Source of the DNA: Candidatus Hadarchaeota archaeon | Lineage (GTDB): Archaea > CAYQAE01 > CAYVLA01 | Assembly: GCA_964621445.1 (NCBI GenBank) | Contig: CAZUNO010000007.1 | Span: 1 to 64,000 of the forward strand | Length of the DNA stretch: 64,000 nucleotides | Direction: 5' to 3' | Part shown: positions 19,949 to 30,283 of the stretch, piece after piece | Numbering within the stretch: position 1 is the first letter of the stretch | Layout: every line of letters starts with the position of its first letter | The notes under the pieces: model-generated | Databases searched by the model: none | Seen by the model: the letters and a program-made list of their open reading frames with translations, nothing else | What the model was told of the DNA's origin: nothing | Made by a program: the position numbers and the translations under genes

Positions 19949-20683
19949 TTAGGCGGCCATACGACGGAATACCTCCCTGAGCAGGCCCTCCTCGGCTTCC
20001 CCCGAGCCCAGTTCATCGATGAGCTCCTCTTTCAATTTGCTGGCAAGCACATCGGTTATGACCTCATAGTAAAGGGGGTCCGTTTCGATCTTCGTGACCC
20101 TGGTTATGGGAACTGAAACCGCGGTGTACGCCCCACCACCCAGGCTGGTTGCGTCGGGAATGGACTTCATGAACTGGTCCTGCTTTTCCTGTGGCAAGGA
20201 TTCCCTTTCATCCTTAGGTAGAATCAGCTCGTGGTTTAAACTGGCCACCACCTCCCTTATTTTCAGTTTGGCGTTGACAAGAAAGTCAAGTACATCCCCC
20301 ATCCTATTCCCGTCACCATCCAGTAGCCACCCCTGGTTGGACAGCGGAAAGCTATTTCCCGGCGGTTCATCGAGAAAGACGTCGCGTACCTTTAACGAAT
20401 TCCCCTGTATGGAAGCGGCTCTAGGATCCAGAAATCTGGTCTTGGCCAGGAAAAACCATCCAACCTTGGCCTTGAAGGAGCAAATCCTGGGAGGGGATGG
20501 ACATAGCAGGACATCCTCAATCTTAATTCGACCGGAAACCTCAGCCTCAGTCAGCGCCCTTGCAGAAAATACACCGTTCTCCTCCGGCATTTGCCACATC
20601 CCGATTGGGATAGTTTCGCTATATGCAGGAAAAATCTTTCCGCTAGACCAGGAAGCTTTTAAGAGGTTCGAGTAGGATTTCAT
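19949..20683 (-). CDS. Hypothetical protein
   Basis: Long ORF with likely start MKSYSNLL; no recognised motif. Confidence 0.55.
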   Translation of the reverse strand: MKSYSNLLKASWSSGKIFPAYSETIPIGMWQMPEENGVFSARALTEAEVSGRIKIEDVLLCPSPPRICSFKAKVGWFFLAKTRFLDPRAASIQGNSLKVRDVFLDEPPGNSFPLSNQGWLLDGDGNRMGDVLDFLVNAKLKIREVVASLNHELILPKDERESLPQEKQDQFMKSIPDATSLGGGAYTAVSVPITRVTKIETDPLYYEVITDVLASKLKEELIDELGSGEAEEGLLREVFRRMAA

Positions 20684-20690
20684 ACTAGGA

Positions 20691-20921
20691 ATGTCGCTTG
20701 ATGAACCCTGCCCCAAGTGTGGGGCGAGTATGGAGCAAACAGAACAGGAAATGGTGCTCGAGGATAAAATAATCAGGATAATTATCACTTCTGAATGCGT
20801 GGAATGCGAGACCACCGTCCAGTACAGAACTGAGGTTGATCGCGAGAAAGCCTCCTGGGTCAAGAAAACGGTCTACAGCGGTGAATCTTTGGACTTCGTC
20901 GACCAGGAAGGTGGGAGTTAG
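20691..20921 (+). CDS. Small acidic zinc-ribbon protein
   Basis: CPKCG...ECVEC in 76 aa. Confidence 0.55.
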   Translation: MSLDEPCPKCGASMEQTEQEMVLEDKIIRIIITSECVECETTVQYRTEVDREKASWVKKTVYSGESLDFVDQEGGS

Positions 20922-21028
20922 CCGGGGAGCGCGATCAGAGAGTATCTTGGACATCCTTCAGGATAGAATTTTTCCAGTTAATATTTCCGGGAGCTTCTCG
21001 AGGTCGGTGATGGGAACTGCAAATCAGG

Positions 21029-22282
21029 TTGTGGCGTGAAAATCTAGGCACTGGGAATACTAAATTTGATTATTTTGGCTGCGGGTTTATCGCGGTCCTA
21101 TTGGTATGCACGATACCAGCCTGGGCCGGCGCCAGAATTGGCCCCAATGATAGAATCAGGGTTCTATGTTTCGGGGATATAATTGACCAGTACGGGGGAT
21201 ACAACAGCTTCACCGTAATTCAGGAGGACCCGGCCATAGAGGCCTCGTTTATACCATCGAGACCCGACTACCTAGGAGGGCGCGAGGACGCTCTTAGGAA
21301 TATGAGGATGTACATGCCGAGAACACGGGAGATACTGGAAAGCAACCATGACATCCTGCTGTTTAGCGATGCCGATAGCTCGGTATTTAGACCCGAGTGG
21401 ATATTCTGGATCGAGAAATCAGTTACGGAAGGAGGCCTGGGAATGCTATGGCTGGGCCTGATAGCGGATTTAAGGTTTGAGTCCTGGGAAGAAACCACGC
21501 TGGCCGTTATACTTCCGGTTCAACCGCTTAGGGACAGGATGGGCGCCTACACCGTTTCAGGTAGCTGGCGGTTGACGGAGATCGACACCGAGGAGGAGCT
21601 GATGCAGAGCCTTCCCTGGATGGAGTCCATGCCCTTGGCAAACCTAATTCTTCAAAAAGCAAGGGAGGGAGCCAGAGTCTTTGCCAGGGTAAGAGATGAT
21701 TTTACCTCGGGGCAGCCCTCGGGCTATCCCCTCATGGCATTTTGGGATATTTAAAAGGGATGTGTTTTGACCTTTTCAAGCAAGTTCCCCAACGGGGTCA
21801 TCCCCTGGGTGAGAAATTGGGATTTCTTCCCTCAGGCCATGATGTACATGGTGTATAGGGTTGCGGAAAAGGAGATCCCGAGTGACCCTCATGCCTTCCT
21901 ACGGGTAATGAACGGGTTTATGGAATTCAAGGAGAGAAATTCGATGCTGTTTTCCCTGCTGTCCTGGGTGGAAAAATTTGGAGGAAACACAGCTCTTCTT
22001 CAGAGTCAAATTGGGGAGCTAGATGAGGTTAGGCTGGAGGCCTATGATGCCTATTTGACGGCAGATCTCGATGAAGCCATCGAGGTCTTGGAAAGGGGAA
22101 GATCCCAGCAGATATACATCAGGGACGCGGCCATGAGGGCAAAGGACAAGGCTCTCATCTGGGTCTATATGATCGAATGGTTCTCCCTCATCTCTACCCT
22201 TATGATATCCGGTTACATTCTGTGGACCTTGATGGTCAAGAGGAGGATGTATAGGGAGGCCGGCGTTACCAGGTGGAACTGA
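21029..22282 (+). pseudogene. Surface-protein family X paralog 3 with in-frame TAA at 21752-21754
   Basis: ORFs 21029-21754 and 21767-22282 share one frame. The junction reads FWDI*KGCVL, against WDVGEGRF/WEQGKGRVL in paralogs. MRMYMPR and the KDKALIWVYMIEW tail are present. Confidence 0.78.
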
Positions 22283-22417
22283 ATTTGGAGTTTGTTAGAT
22301 GCCCTACCCGAGAGAATGCTCGACCAGATGACATTCCACATTTCGAAAGGATTGCTGAATTAACTGCGAAAGCTTAAGAACCGGGATTACATACAATTTG
22401 GGAGGAGGAGAAATTCC

Positions 22418-22888
22418 TTGGAAATAGAGATGCTGGTGAATTACGCACTGATTGCCGCCGCCGTGGTTTTCATCCTTGTCGTCGCCTACAGAATCATTGC
22501 CTCATTTGCTGGAGGGAGAAGAACTTTCAAGGAGGAGGTACGTCCAACCCCTCAGCGTATCCCCCGGGAAAGAGTCAGTCCGGAGTCAACACCCAAGCCT
22601 CCCGAGGCAAAGATCGATGTCTCTGATCTTTTTTCTTCCGTAGATGACCGCCAAAGGGAATCAATTATGGAGTCAGCGGATAAGATGGTTGACTATTCAC
22701 TAGCCCATGGCGATGGTACGAGAATTAGACCGGAGTCCCTGAGGGCAATGGCCAAGGAATTTGGCCTATTGGAGGCAGTTCTAGACGATATCTCAAGGCG
22801 GGAAGGATGGGAAGGGATCTCTGAAAAACAGCGCCGGGAGATACTTAGGGAGGCATTTCGTCTGGTCGTATCAGCCAAGGATAAGTGA
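22418..22888 (+). CDS. Hypothetical protein with N-terminal TM
   Basis: GGAGGAGG RBS and a hydrophobic N-terminal helix. Confidence 0.6.
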   Translation: MEIEMLVNYALIAAAVVFILVVAYRIIASFAGGRRTFKEEVRPTPQRIPRERVSPESTPKPPEAKIDVSDLFSSVDDRQRESIMESADKMVDYSLAHGDGTRIRPESLRAMAKEFGLLEAVLDDISRREGWEGISEKQRREILREAFRLVVSAKDK

Positions 22889-22923
22889 TCCACTTTTTTT
22901 TAATTAGGTATCACATTTAAATA

Positions 22924-23985
22924 ATGGATAAACCATCCATCACTATGAACGCTGGTTTCCGTGATCTTTCGGTCATACTCATACTGCTAATGGCCATACC
23001 CCTGGCTACATCCGTGGAGTCTCCTTTTTCCGTTAGTGAATCACAGCTAATGGATGCTGTTGATTTTATTTTGAGTAACCAGAATGATGATGGTGGTTTT
23101 GGGCCGGATTCGAGTAGCTTGTCCTCTACCAGGTTGGCCGTGGAGGTTTTGTCCGCGGTTGGTCTGGATCCATTGGATTACGAGAATGGAGGATTGGGTG
23201 TTGATGACTACTTGCTTTCGGTTTCGGATGATGTCCATGCTGGTGTTTCTGGTAGTAATCCCTTGACTGAACGGGTGAACATGGTTTTGGCTCTTTCTGC
23301 ATGTGGTTTGAATGCAAGTGATTTCGGGGGTCATGATCATTTTTCCGCTCTGGCCGGGGAGCAAAATTCTTCGACCGGGTGCTTCGGTGGCGGGGCTTCT
23401 GATACCGCTTACTCTATAATTGCCCTTAGAGCCGGGGGTCTGGATGAGGAGGATTCCCGTCTCCAGTATGCTCTTGATTGTCTGTTGTCGCTGCAGTTGG
23501 ATGACGGGAGTTTTGAGTATTCTAGTGGCATGGGGGGAGATTCCAATACCTTGTCCCTTTCAATTATGGCTATGTCGGCGATGGGTTATGGAGCAGAGGA
23601 GCTGGATGATGGCCTGGAGGCGCTTGGATCTTTCCAAAATACGACAAATGGCGGTTTCTTCTTCCAGTCAACCTGGGGGACGGATCCCGATGTGAGTTCT
23701 ACGGCGTTTTGTGTTAATGCTATTCTAGCCGAGGATGGAGATCCAACGGCCGGTGCCTGGGCCAGTGGTGAGGATAACCCGGTCAACTACTTGGTTGGCA
23801 TGCAGAACAAGGATACGGGGGAATTCATGGACCCGTGGAGCACCTATAGGCCGACATGTCTTGCCGTGTCATCGCTTTCGGGTAAACCGGTGCCGGGACT
23901 CCATCTCGTCGGGGAGGTTTTTGTTTTTCCCGCGCTTGTTGGCATTATAGTTCTGTTGGGGAGATTGAATGGGGGACAAGGGTAA
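22924..23985 (+). CDS. Secreted prenyltransferase/squalene-oxidase-repeat (alpha-barrel) protein, ECF-associated
   Basis: Repeats LSNQNDDGGFG, LSLQLDDGSF and SFQNTTNGGF; signal peptide and C-terminal TM. Confidence 0.78.
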   Translation: MDKPSITMNAGFRDLSVILILLMAIPLATSVESPFSVSESQLMDAVDFILSNQNDDGGFGPDSSSLSSTRLAVEVLSAVGLDPLDYENGGLGVDDYLLSVSDDVHAGVSGSNPLTERVNMVLALSACGLNASDFGGHDHFSALAGEQNSSTGCFGGGASDTAYSIIALRAGGLDEEDSRLQYALDCLLSLQLDDGSFEYSSGMGGDSNTLSLSIMAMSAMGYGAEELDDGLEALGSFQNTTNGGFFFQSTWGTDPDVSSTAFCVNAILAEDGDPTAGAWASGEDNPVNYLVGMQNKDTGEFMDPWSTYRPTCLAVSSLSGKPVPGLHLVGEVFVFPALVGIIVLLGRLNGGQG

Positions 23986-24895
23986 GGCCATACTGGTAGC
24001 CTCTATTGTGGTCGGTTTCATACTCCTGGGACTGGTCATACCCCGTTTGCTGGGTCCCACTAGGGTCGGGAATATATCGTCGAATGTGACTCTGGTGGTC
24101 TCAGAGAATTTTGGACGCACGGTGATTGGAAAGTGGGAATTCGATCCGGGACGTGGAATGACGGTCATGGATATGTTGAGAAATGTGACCGAGGTTGAAA
24201 CCAGTTATGGAGGTTTATTCCTTCATGGCATGTTTGGCCTGACTTCCAAACCCCAAAAACAGACGGACTGGCTCTATTATTGCAATGGGGTTTACATGAA
24301 AAAGGGGCTTGCATCCTATATCCCTGGACCGGGCGAGGTTGTTCAGGTTGACTACCATCACTGGGGAGGATTTTCATTCTCGCCCGGGTTCCTGAGTGGA
24401 TATCCGTCTAAACTGGTTTATGGGCTGGCAGGAGAAAGACGGAATACTACCATATTATGTTCGGAGGAAGTCGTGGGGCTGGGATCGGGGCTTGCCCGGA
24501 ACCTGGAGGATCTTCTGGGATACCGACCGGAGGTCTTTTCTGGACTGCAGGAGGATTTGAATGGTAATATAATTCTGCTTGCAACCACCTACAACTGCAC
24601 TCTTTTCCGGCGATTTCAAGAATGGAATCCTAACGCCATGTGGCCTTTTGTGGTCGAGGGAGGTAAGATACAGCTCCTCAACGCAACAAGCTCCCAGAGA
24701 TCGGAGCTGGAACAGGGTTGCGCGGTCCAGTGCATGGGTTTTCCAAACAAGGACCTGTGGATGGTGTTCCTGATCGGAACCAATGAAAGCTGGCTGAAGA
24801 AGGGGTTGGCTTCCTTGAACGAGGGTGATGGCGAAAAATACGCATGTGGATTTGCCGTCACTCCAGATGGGACAATCAATCTCCCGGTGATATGA
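23969..24895 (+). CDS. DUF4430 (transcobalamin beta-domain-like) protein
   Basis: TVMDML...VETSYGGLF..GM.GL....DWLYYCNG...G motif; N-terminal TM. Confidence 0.78.
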   Translation: MGDKGKAILVASIVVGFILLGLVIPRLLGPTRVGNISSNVTLVVSENFGRTVIGKWEFDPGRGMTVMDMLRNVTEVETSYGGLFLHGMFGLTSKPQKQTDWLYYCNGVYMKKGLASYIPGPGEVVQVDYHHWGGFSFSPGFLSGYPSKLVYGLAGERRNTTILCSEEVVGLGSGLARNLEDLLGYRPEVFSGLQEDLNGNIILLATTYNCTLFRRFQEWNPNAMWPFVVEGGKIQLLNATSSQRSELEQGCAVQCMGFPNKDLWMVFLIGTNESWLKKGLASLNEGDGEKYACGFAVTPDGTINLPVI

Positions 24896-25791
24896 TGTCA
24901 GGATTGACATACCGGGATATTAACTCCCCTGTTCATAGGATGGGCGCGGGACCAAAGATGGCCCTCTTGGGGTCGCTGGCCATATTCGGCCTGATATACT
25001 CCGATCTGATTTTTCTAAGCACCCTCATAGTGATCTGCCTGGTCATCACCAGGATCTCAGGTGTATGGGAAAATGTGGTATCCCTGCTGAGAGCATTCCT
25101 GTATTTCTCCGTTCTGGTTTTCATTATCAACCTGTTGGTCAATCAGCACGGATCGAACATACTCTTTGAAACATCGTTCAGATTCTATTTCTGGAATTTA
25201 ACGTTCCGAATTACCGGGGAATCGGCTACTGCCGCCTTGAGAATGGTTCTTCGTTTGTATTCCGTGATCCAGGCATTCCTCCTATTCTCGCTGACCACAA
25301 AGCCAGAGATTGTGTTAAATAAGATCTCCGAGATAAAGACGGCTGGCGGCCTTGGCGTGCTTTTGGCCCTTGCCTATAGATTCATACCTACTATTCTATC
25401 AGATGGTTCCGAGATCAAGGATTCCCTGAGGACAAGAGGCGTCAAGTTTGAACAAGGGGGCAGGTTTGAAAGGTTAAGGGCATATGCCTCCCTGGCGATC
25501 CCACTTGTCACCAACAGCTTGGATAGGAGCCTCCAACTGGCTGAAGCTATGGAGAGCCGGGGTTATGGGGGTGATCGGTCATCACTTCGGGTAGATCTAA
25601 TGGATGATGGCCGTGATTTGATGGCCAGCATCTTCTACCTGGTTAATTTTCTAATCTTCATTTCTCTATGGGCCTTGCTGGGGGTTGGTAGGGCAGAATT
25701 TGTCAGCCTGAGCTGGAAAGCCGCTTTTTCTCCCCTAATGATTTTCCTGTTTCTCGTTCCAATCCTGATTTGGAGGGGTCCGGATGATTGA
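24892..25791 (+). CDS. ecfT: ECF transporter transmembrane T component
   Basis: SPVHRM..PK, AYRFIP, RTRGV and SLDRSLQLAEAMESRGY. Confidence 0.9.
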   Translation: MMSGLTYRDINSPVHRMGAGPKMALLGSLAIFGLIYSDLIFLSTLIVICLVITRISGVWENVVSLLRAFLYFSVLVFIINLLVNQHGSNILFETSFRFYFWNLTFRITGESATAALRMVLRLYSVIQAFLLFSLTTKPEIVLNKISEIKTAGGLGVLLALAYRFIPTILSDGSEIKDSLRTRGVKFEQGGRFERLRAYASLAIPLVTNSLDRSLQLAEAMESRGYGGDRSSLRVDLMDDGRDLMASIFYLVNFLIFISLWALLGVGRAEFVSLSWKAAFSPLMIFLFLVPILIWRGPDD

Positions 25792-27214
25792 ATTCGAATC
25801 GGTGAGTTTCCGTTACTCCGGCTCAAGGATCAAAGCTCTGGATGAAATAGACCTGGAGATAGACCAGGGAGAATATCTGCTTATCAGTGGACGCTCGGGC
25901 AGTGGAAAGTCGACTATGCTTCGATGCATGAATGGTCTCGTGCCTCAATTTCATGGCGGATATTTCCAGGGAAGAGTTATCGTCGATGGTCTGGACACCC
26001 TTGAACACTCGGTCAGGGAGCTTTCGAGGTCGGTTGGTCTGGTTTTTCAGGACCCCGAAAACCAGTTTGTTACCACCTCGGTGAGGAGCGAGATCGCTTT
26101 TGGCCAGGAGAATCTAAATACCGATCCTGGCCTAATCAGGAAGAAGACCCTGGCCATGGCCGAATCATTCGATCTTGAAGGAGTTCTGGATAGGGCCCCT
26201 GACACATTATCCGGAGGAGAGAAACAGAAGGCGATAATCGCCTCCCTGGCGGCAATGGAACCCGATGTGCTGGTTCTTGACGAGCCGACATCCCAGCTCG
26301 ATCCGCGCTCCTCCGATCAGATATTTTCGATGTTGAAATACCTACATAATGAGGGAACTACCATAGTTCTATCCGAACACCGTTTATCCCGGGTGTTGCC
26401 CCACGTGTCCAGGGTGATTATTTTGGATGGGGGCGAGATTGTGGGTGACGGAAGACCTGAAGAGATCTCGGGTAAATTGGCGGGGATGAAGAAACCGCGC
26501 CCCACGACGGACAGGAAAAAATCGAGAATTGGTGCCCCGAAACTGGAGGCCAGGAGCGTTTCCTTCAGGTACCAGGATGGAGATGAGTGGGTACTAAGAA
26601 AAGTGGACCTGGATATTCTTGAATCGGAGGTGCTGGCCGTTCTGGGCGAAAACGGTTCCGGGAAGACCACGCTAGCCAAGATAGCGGCCGGATTGCTGGA
26701 TCCCCAGGGGGGCACGGTGAAGATAGATGGCGGCGAGCCTAGAAAAGGTAGGGTGGCAATGGTTTTCCAGGATCCCAATAAACATCTTTTCCACGAGACC
26801 GTAATGGACGAGGTTGCCTTTGCCCGAAGAAATATGGATGTCGATGGCCCGGGACTGGACAGGATCTTGGAGAGAATGAACCTGGAAGGTCTTTCGCATA
26901 GGAATCCACGTGACCTTAGCGGGGGACAGAAGGAGAAGGTGGCCATGGCCAGCGTTCTAAGCTACGAGCCCGACATCCTGATCATGGATGAACCTACCAG
27001 GGGTCTTGACGCAATCGAAAAGGCGAGAATCATCGATCTGAATAGGAACATCATGTTGGATAGAAAGCTTAGCGTGATGGTACTGAGCCACGACCTGGAT
27101 TTTGTGGAGGCCTTCGCCGATAGGGCAGTTGTTATTTCGGGGGGCAAGATCATTCTTGAGGGTGGGGTGGATACGATTGTTGAGGGATTCCGGGAGTTGT
27201 TGGACCGTGGGTAG
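25784..27214 (+). CDS. ECF transporter fused dual ABC ATPase
   Basis: Two Walker A motifs (GRSGSGKST, GENGSGKTT), two LSGG signatures, and FQDPENQF. Confidence 0.92.
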   Translation: MIEFESVSFRYSGSRIKALDEIDLEIDQGEYLLISGRSGSGKSTMLRCMNGLVPQFHGGYFQGRVIVDGLDTLEHSVRELSRSVGLVFQDPENQFVTTSVRSEIAFGQENLNTDPGLIRKKTLAMAESFDLEGVLDRAPDTLSGGEKQKAIIASLAAMEPDVLVLDEPTSQLDPRSSDQIFSMLKYLHNEGTTIVLSEHRLSRVLPHVSRVIILDGGEIVGDGRPEEISGKLAGMKKPRPTTDRKKSRIGAPKLEARSVSFRYQDGDEWVLRKVDLDILESEVLAVLGENGSGKTTLAKIAAGLLDPQGGTVKIDGGEPRKGRVAMVFQDPNKHLFHETVMDEVAFARRNMDVDGPGLDRILERMNLEGLSHRNPRDLSGGQKEKVAMASVLSYEPDILIMDEPTRGLDAIEKARIIDLNRNIMLDRKLSVMVLSHDLDFVEAFADRAVVISGGKIILEGGVDTIVEGFRELLDRG

Positions 27215-27959
27215 ATCAACCACCGCGGCTCTGGGCATATTGTCTTTGGGTCTTTTGGCGGTGCTCGTGATGGCGGCCGGCACTTCGGGTTTTCTGTCCG
27301 AAATTCGTAGAACCGTGGGCCCCAGGGTTTTTGATCCAGTATTGGGAATTGCCCTCGCCATTTCCGTTCTTTTAACCGGCTTCTCGGCGGAGGCACCTCG
27401 TTTGGGGGAATCAAAGGAAATTGCTCTGGTGGCCATGGTGGTTGCGCTGGGCTCTGCTGGCCGAATTCTCTTCGCGGCTGCGCCCAATGTCTCCCCCGTC
27501 GATTGGCTAACTCTATCCATGGGATTGGTATTTGGTCCCTTGACGGGCTTTACCGTGGGTGCTGCAACCATGCTGGTTTCGAATTTTTGGCTGGGACACG
27601 GGCCCTGGACGATATACCAGATGGTTGGCATGGGGGCGCTAGGGGTGCTGGGTGGCATCCTGAGCAGGTTTAGGTTCATTTTAGGAAGAAGAGCTCTGGC
27701 GATGATTGGATTTTTATGGGGTTTCACGTACGGAACCATTACCAGCCTGTTCTGGGTACTCATAGTTGGATCGGTGGTCAGCTGGGGAAGCTTCGCTGCC
27801 ATATGGATAACCGGGATCCCCTTCTATTTTCTGCAGGGGATAGGTAATGCGGTATTTCTTTTCGTACTGGGTCCCAGAACCTTGAGAATTCTGGACAGAT
27901 TCAGGGATAGATTTAGGGTAAAGGTGATTCGCAATGAAGCTGAGAGTGTTGAGGCATGA
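27207..27959 (+). CDS. ECF transporter S component (CbrT-like, probable cobalamin)
   Basis: GRILFAAAPNVSPV, G...GF.VGA.TMLVSNFWLGHGPWT.YQM; multiple TMs. Confidence 0.82.
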   Translation: MGRSTTAALGILSLGLLAVLVMAAGTSGFLSEIRRTVGPRVFDPVLGIALAISVLLTGFSAEAPRLGESKEIALVAMVVALGSAGRILFAAAPNVSPVDWLTLSMGLVFGPLTGFTVGAATMLVSNFWLGHGPWTIYQMVGMGALGVLGGILSRFRFILGRRALAMIGFLWGFTYGTITSLFWVLIVGSVVSWGSFAAIWITGIPFYFLQGIGNAVFLFVLGPRTLRILDRFRDRFRVKVIRNEAESVEA

Positions 27960-28576
27960 CTTACCAGGAACTTGAAAGCATGCTGGACCAGAGTGCAAGC
28001 GGACCGAGACCATTGTTCACCACCGTGCACGTGGTAAGACTCCTGGAGCTGGTCTCAAACCGCTATCTGGGGAGAAAGGTTTTGGTGAAGAAACTGAGGG
28101 TCGGCGAGGGTAGCGTCAGGACCGTCATTAAAAAACTAAAGGAGGCGGGCTTGATTGAGACCAAGAGAGCGGGAACTCACTTGACGGCCAGGGGAACTAA
28201 AATTCTCAGCTCAATCAGGGATCAGTTCACGGAGGGTGTCTATGTAGACCCCGGGGAGGCAACACTGGATATCCACAACGTTGCCAGATGCGCGTGGGAT
28301 GCATCGGAAGCGGTTAATTCCGGGGTTGAACAACGTGATGCGGCCATGGGCGTTGGTTCTACCGGAGCCTCCACCTTCGTATACAGGAACGGAGGATTGG
28401 AATTCCCGGGCATGGCGTCCGATCTCGGTCAACTTGACCCCCACATGGAAAACTCAATTATGGAGAAATTGACTGTGGAGGATGATGACGTGGTGGTCGT
28501 GGGCTCTGCAAGCGACGAGGAGACCGCGAACCTGGGGTCGATTGCTGCCGCGATCAGCCTTCTAAGGTTTATGTGA
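27956..28576 (+). CDS. HTH/DUF4443-like protein
   Basis: GPRP.F, GRK.L.KKL.VGEGSVRT..K.L HTH, and GVEQRDAA..VG..GA. Confidence 0.72.
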   Translation: MTYQELESMLDQSASGPRPLFTTVHVVRLLELVSNRYLGRKVLVKKLRVGEGSVRTVIKKLKEAGLIETKRAGTHLTARGTKILSSIRDQFTEGVYVDPGEATLDIHNVARCAWDASEAVNSGVEQRDAAMGVGSTGASTFVYRNGGLEFPGMASDLGQLDPHMENSIMEKLTVEDDDVVVVGSASDEETANLGSIAAAISLLRFM

Positions 28577-28612
28577 CGGGTTGAACCAATAATACGAGTC
28601 AGGTTTCCGCTC

Positions 28613-30094
28613 TCAGGGCCTCATAAATCGCCAACCGATGATAATCACGGCTCCCCCAGCCATACCAACTAGTGCCATTATCGTTCCCATCCTGCGGCCC
28701 ATTTCTTCCTTGTACTTTTCGTCAAGTTCATATCCTTCATCCAGTAATTCCATGCATCTATCGAAGTATTCCTCCGCCTGTGATGCATTGAATCTGCTCA
28801 ATGAGTCAATAGCGGCCTGGTAGGCTTCTCGCGCCTGAGCTAGCTTGTCCTTACCCTCCGGTGAGACAAAGGGCCTTCTCTCGACCTCTGAAATATGGGT
28901 CCTTGCTCGGGAGGCCGTTCTCATGAGGCTTCTCTCCCTTATGCCGGGCCAGGTGGCGTGGAGAACTTGGCCATTTCCATCAGAAAACAGGGTCCATAAC
29001 ATGTGAAGGTCCCCATTCCTGGGGCCGATATGAATTCTGGGAGGGCCCACTTTTCCACTCGTGGAGCTACCGATCTCCTGAGGAATCGTCCAGATCCCGT
29101 TTGGCCATAGGCGCTTGTACATGATTGAATCGCTATCCGGTCCACCGGGGGTCTGGTGCCACACCAGGTGTAGGTTTTCGTCCTCATCGGAGGAGATAAC
29201 GGGATGGCTCTTGGTTCCCGTGGAGTTGGTTATCTGCTCCGGATCCTCCCAGTTCCCCTTCCAGTTTCTGAGAAAGAGTTGGGAGCTACCCTCCGCATCT
29301 TGACTCCAGACCACATATGCATAACCATTGTCGTCCGCGGCCACCGCGGGCCTGCCAAGTGAAAGATCCGTCCCCTCCAAGATTACCTGATACGGGTCCC
29401 AGTCCCTGCCCGCCTTTCGATATGAGTAGAACAAATCATCCTCACCCCCCTGGGTCTGAGACATCTTGAAAGCCGCGTGGATACCATTTCGTCGATCCAG
29501 CGCAATCGCCGGTTCCTTGGCAAAGGCGTTCTGGGGACTAATTGCCGTGGCGTTGCTCCATTCCCCCCGGGTATCCAGGTATCGATGACCTAGGAAGGTT
29601 GAGGGAGAGGTGGAGTTGGTTCTCTGGACCCACACCACATGGGTGTTTGGGGAACGGTCACAAAGGACTATGGGGTCGAATGCGTTTTCCGCGACTAAAA
29701 ACGCGGGATTCCACTCCTCCGCGGTCACATTCCACATTCTGTGATATATATTCCCCTGATCCTGCCAGACACAATGTAGTTCACCGGAATATGTCCCGGA
29801 TAACGCAGCATTCTTGGCCCCGGCTCCCTGGGTCAGGGGGGTTCCATCCGACCATTTCTGAGACCCATTATTGAACTTGTAGTAGTATACATCCGATTTT
29901 CCCCCTTCCGTCTTAACCCAAACCGCGTGAAGATCGTCATTTCGCTCAGCGTAAAGGCAGGGGGCCACCACCGAGGTGATGGTGGCATTGGATTTGGACG
30001 GCGTTAATACCTCGACGGAGGTTGAGGAACCCCAGACAGCCGGAACTAGAAGGGTGAGAATAAATACGTACGTTAATGAAGAAGAAATTCTCAA
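28613..30094 (-). CDS. Extracellular beta-propeller (BNR-like repeat) protein with helical stalk and C-terminal TM
   Basis: Signal peptide; about seven repeats of P.I..D..GNLH.VW.......I.Y.....W; TM followed by a basic tail. Confidence 0.72.
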   Translation of the reverse strand: MRISSSLTYVFILTLLVPAVWGSSTSVEVLTPSKSNATITSVVAPCLYAERNDDLHAVWVKTEGGKSDVYYYKFNNGSQKWSDGTPLTQGAGAKNAALSGTYSGELHCVWQDQGNIYHRMWNVTAEEWNPAFLVAENAFDPIVLCDRSPNTHVVWVQRTNSTSPSTFLGHRYLDTRGEWSNATAISPQNAFAKEPAIALDRRNGIHAAFKMSQTQGGEDDLFYSYRKAGRDWDPYQVILEGTDLSLGRPAVAADDNGYAYVVWSQDAEGSSQLFLRNWKGNWEDPEQITNSTGTKSHPVISSDEDENLHLVWHQTPGGPDSDSIMYKRLWPNGIWTIPQEIGSSTSGKVGPPRIHIGPRNGDLHMLWTLFSDGNGQVLHATWPGIRERSLMRTASRARTHISEVERRPFVSPEGKDKLAQAREAYQAAIDSLSRFNASQAEEYFDRCMELLDEGYELDEKYKEEMGRRMGTIMALVGMAGGAVIIIGWRFMRP

Positions 30095-30283
30095 GAGGAC
30101 AACTTCCCAAATTAAGCTAAGATCCTCAAACGGTTCTTTAAAGTTTCCTCGTGAGCCGTCTGTGGCTCGTTTTCTGGAGGGAAATGATCGCTAAGCAGGG
30201 CTGGGTTTGTGTCTTCCACCGGACCTACGAAAGATTGAGGGAAGATTATTGAGAAATCGGATATAGTAGCTTTAAGTGAGTGA

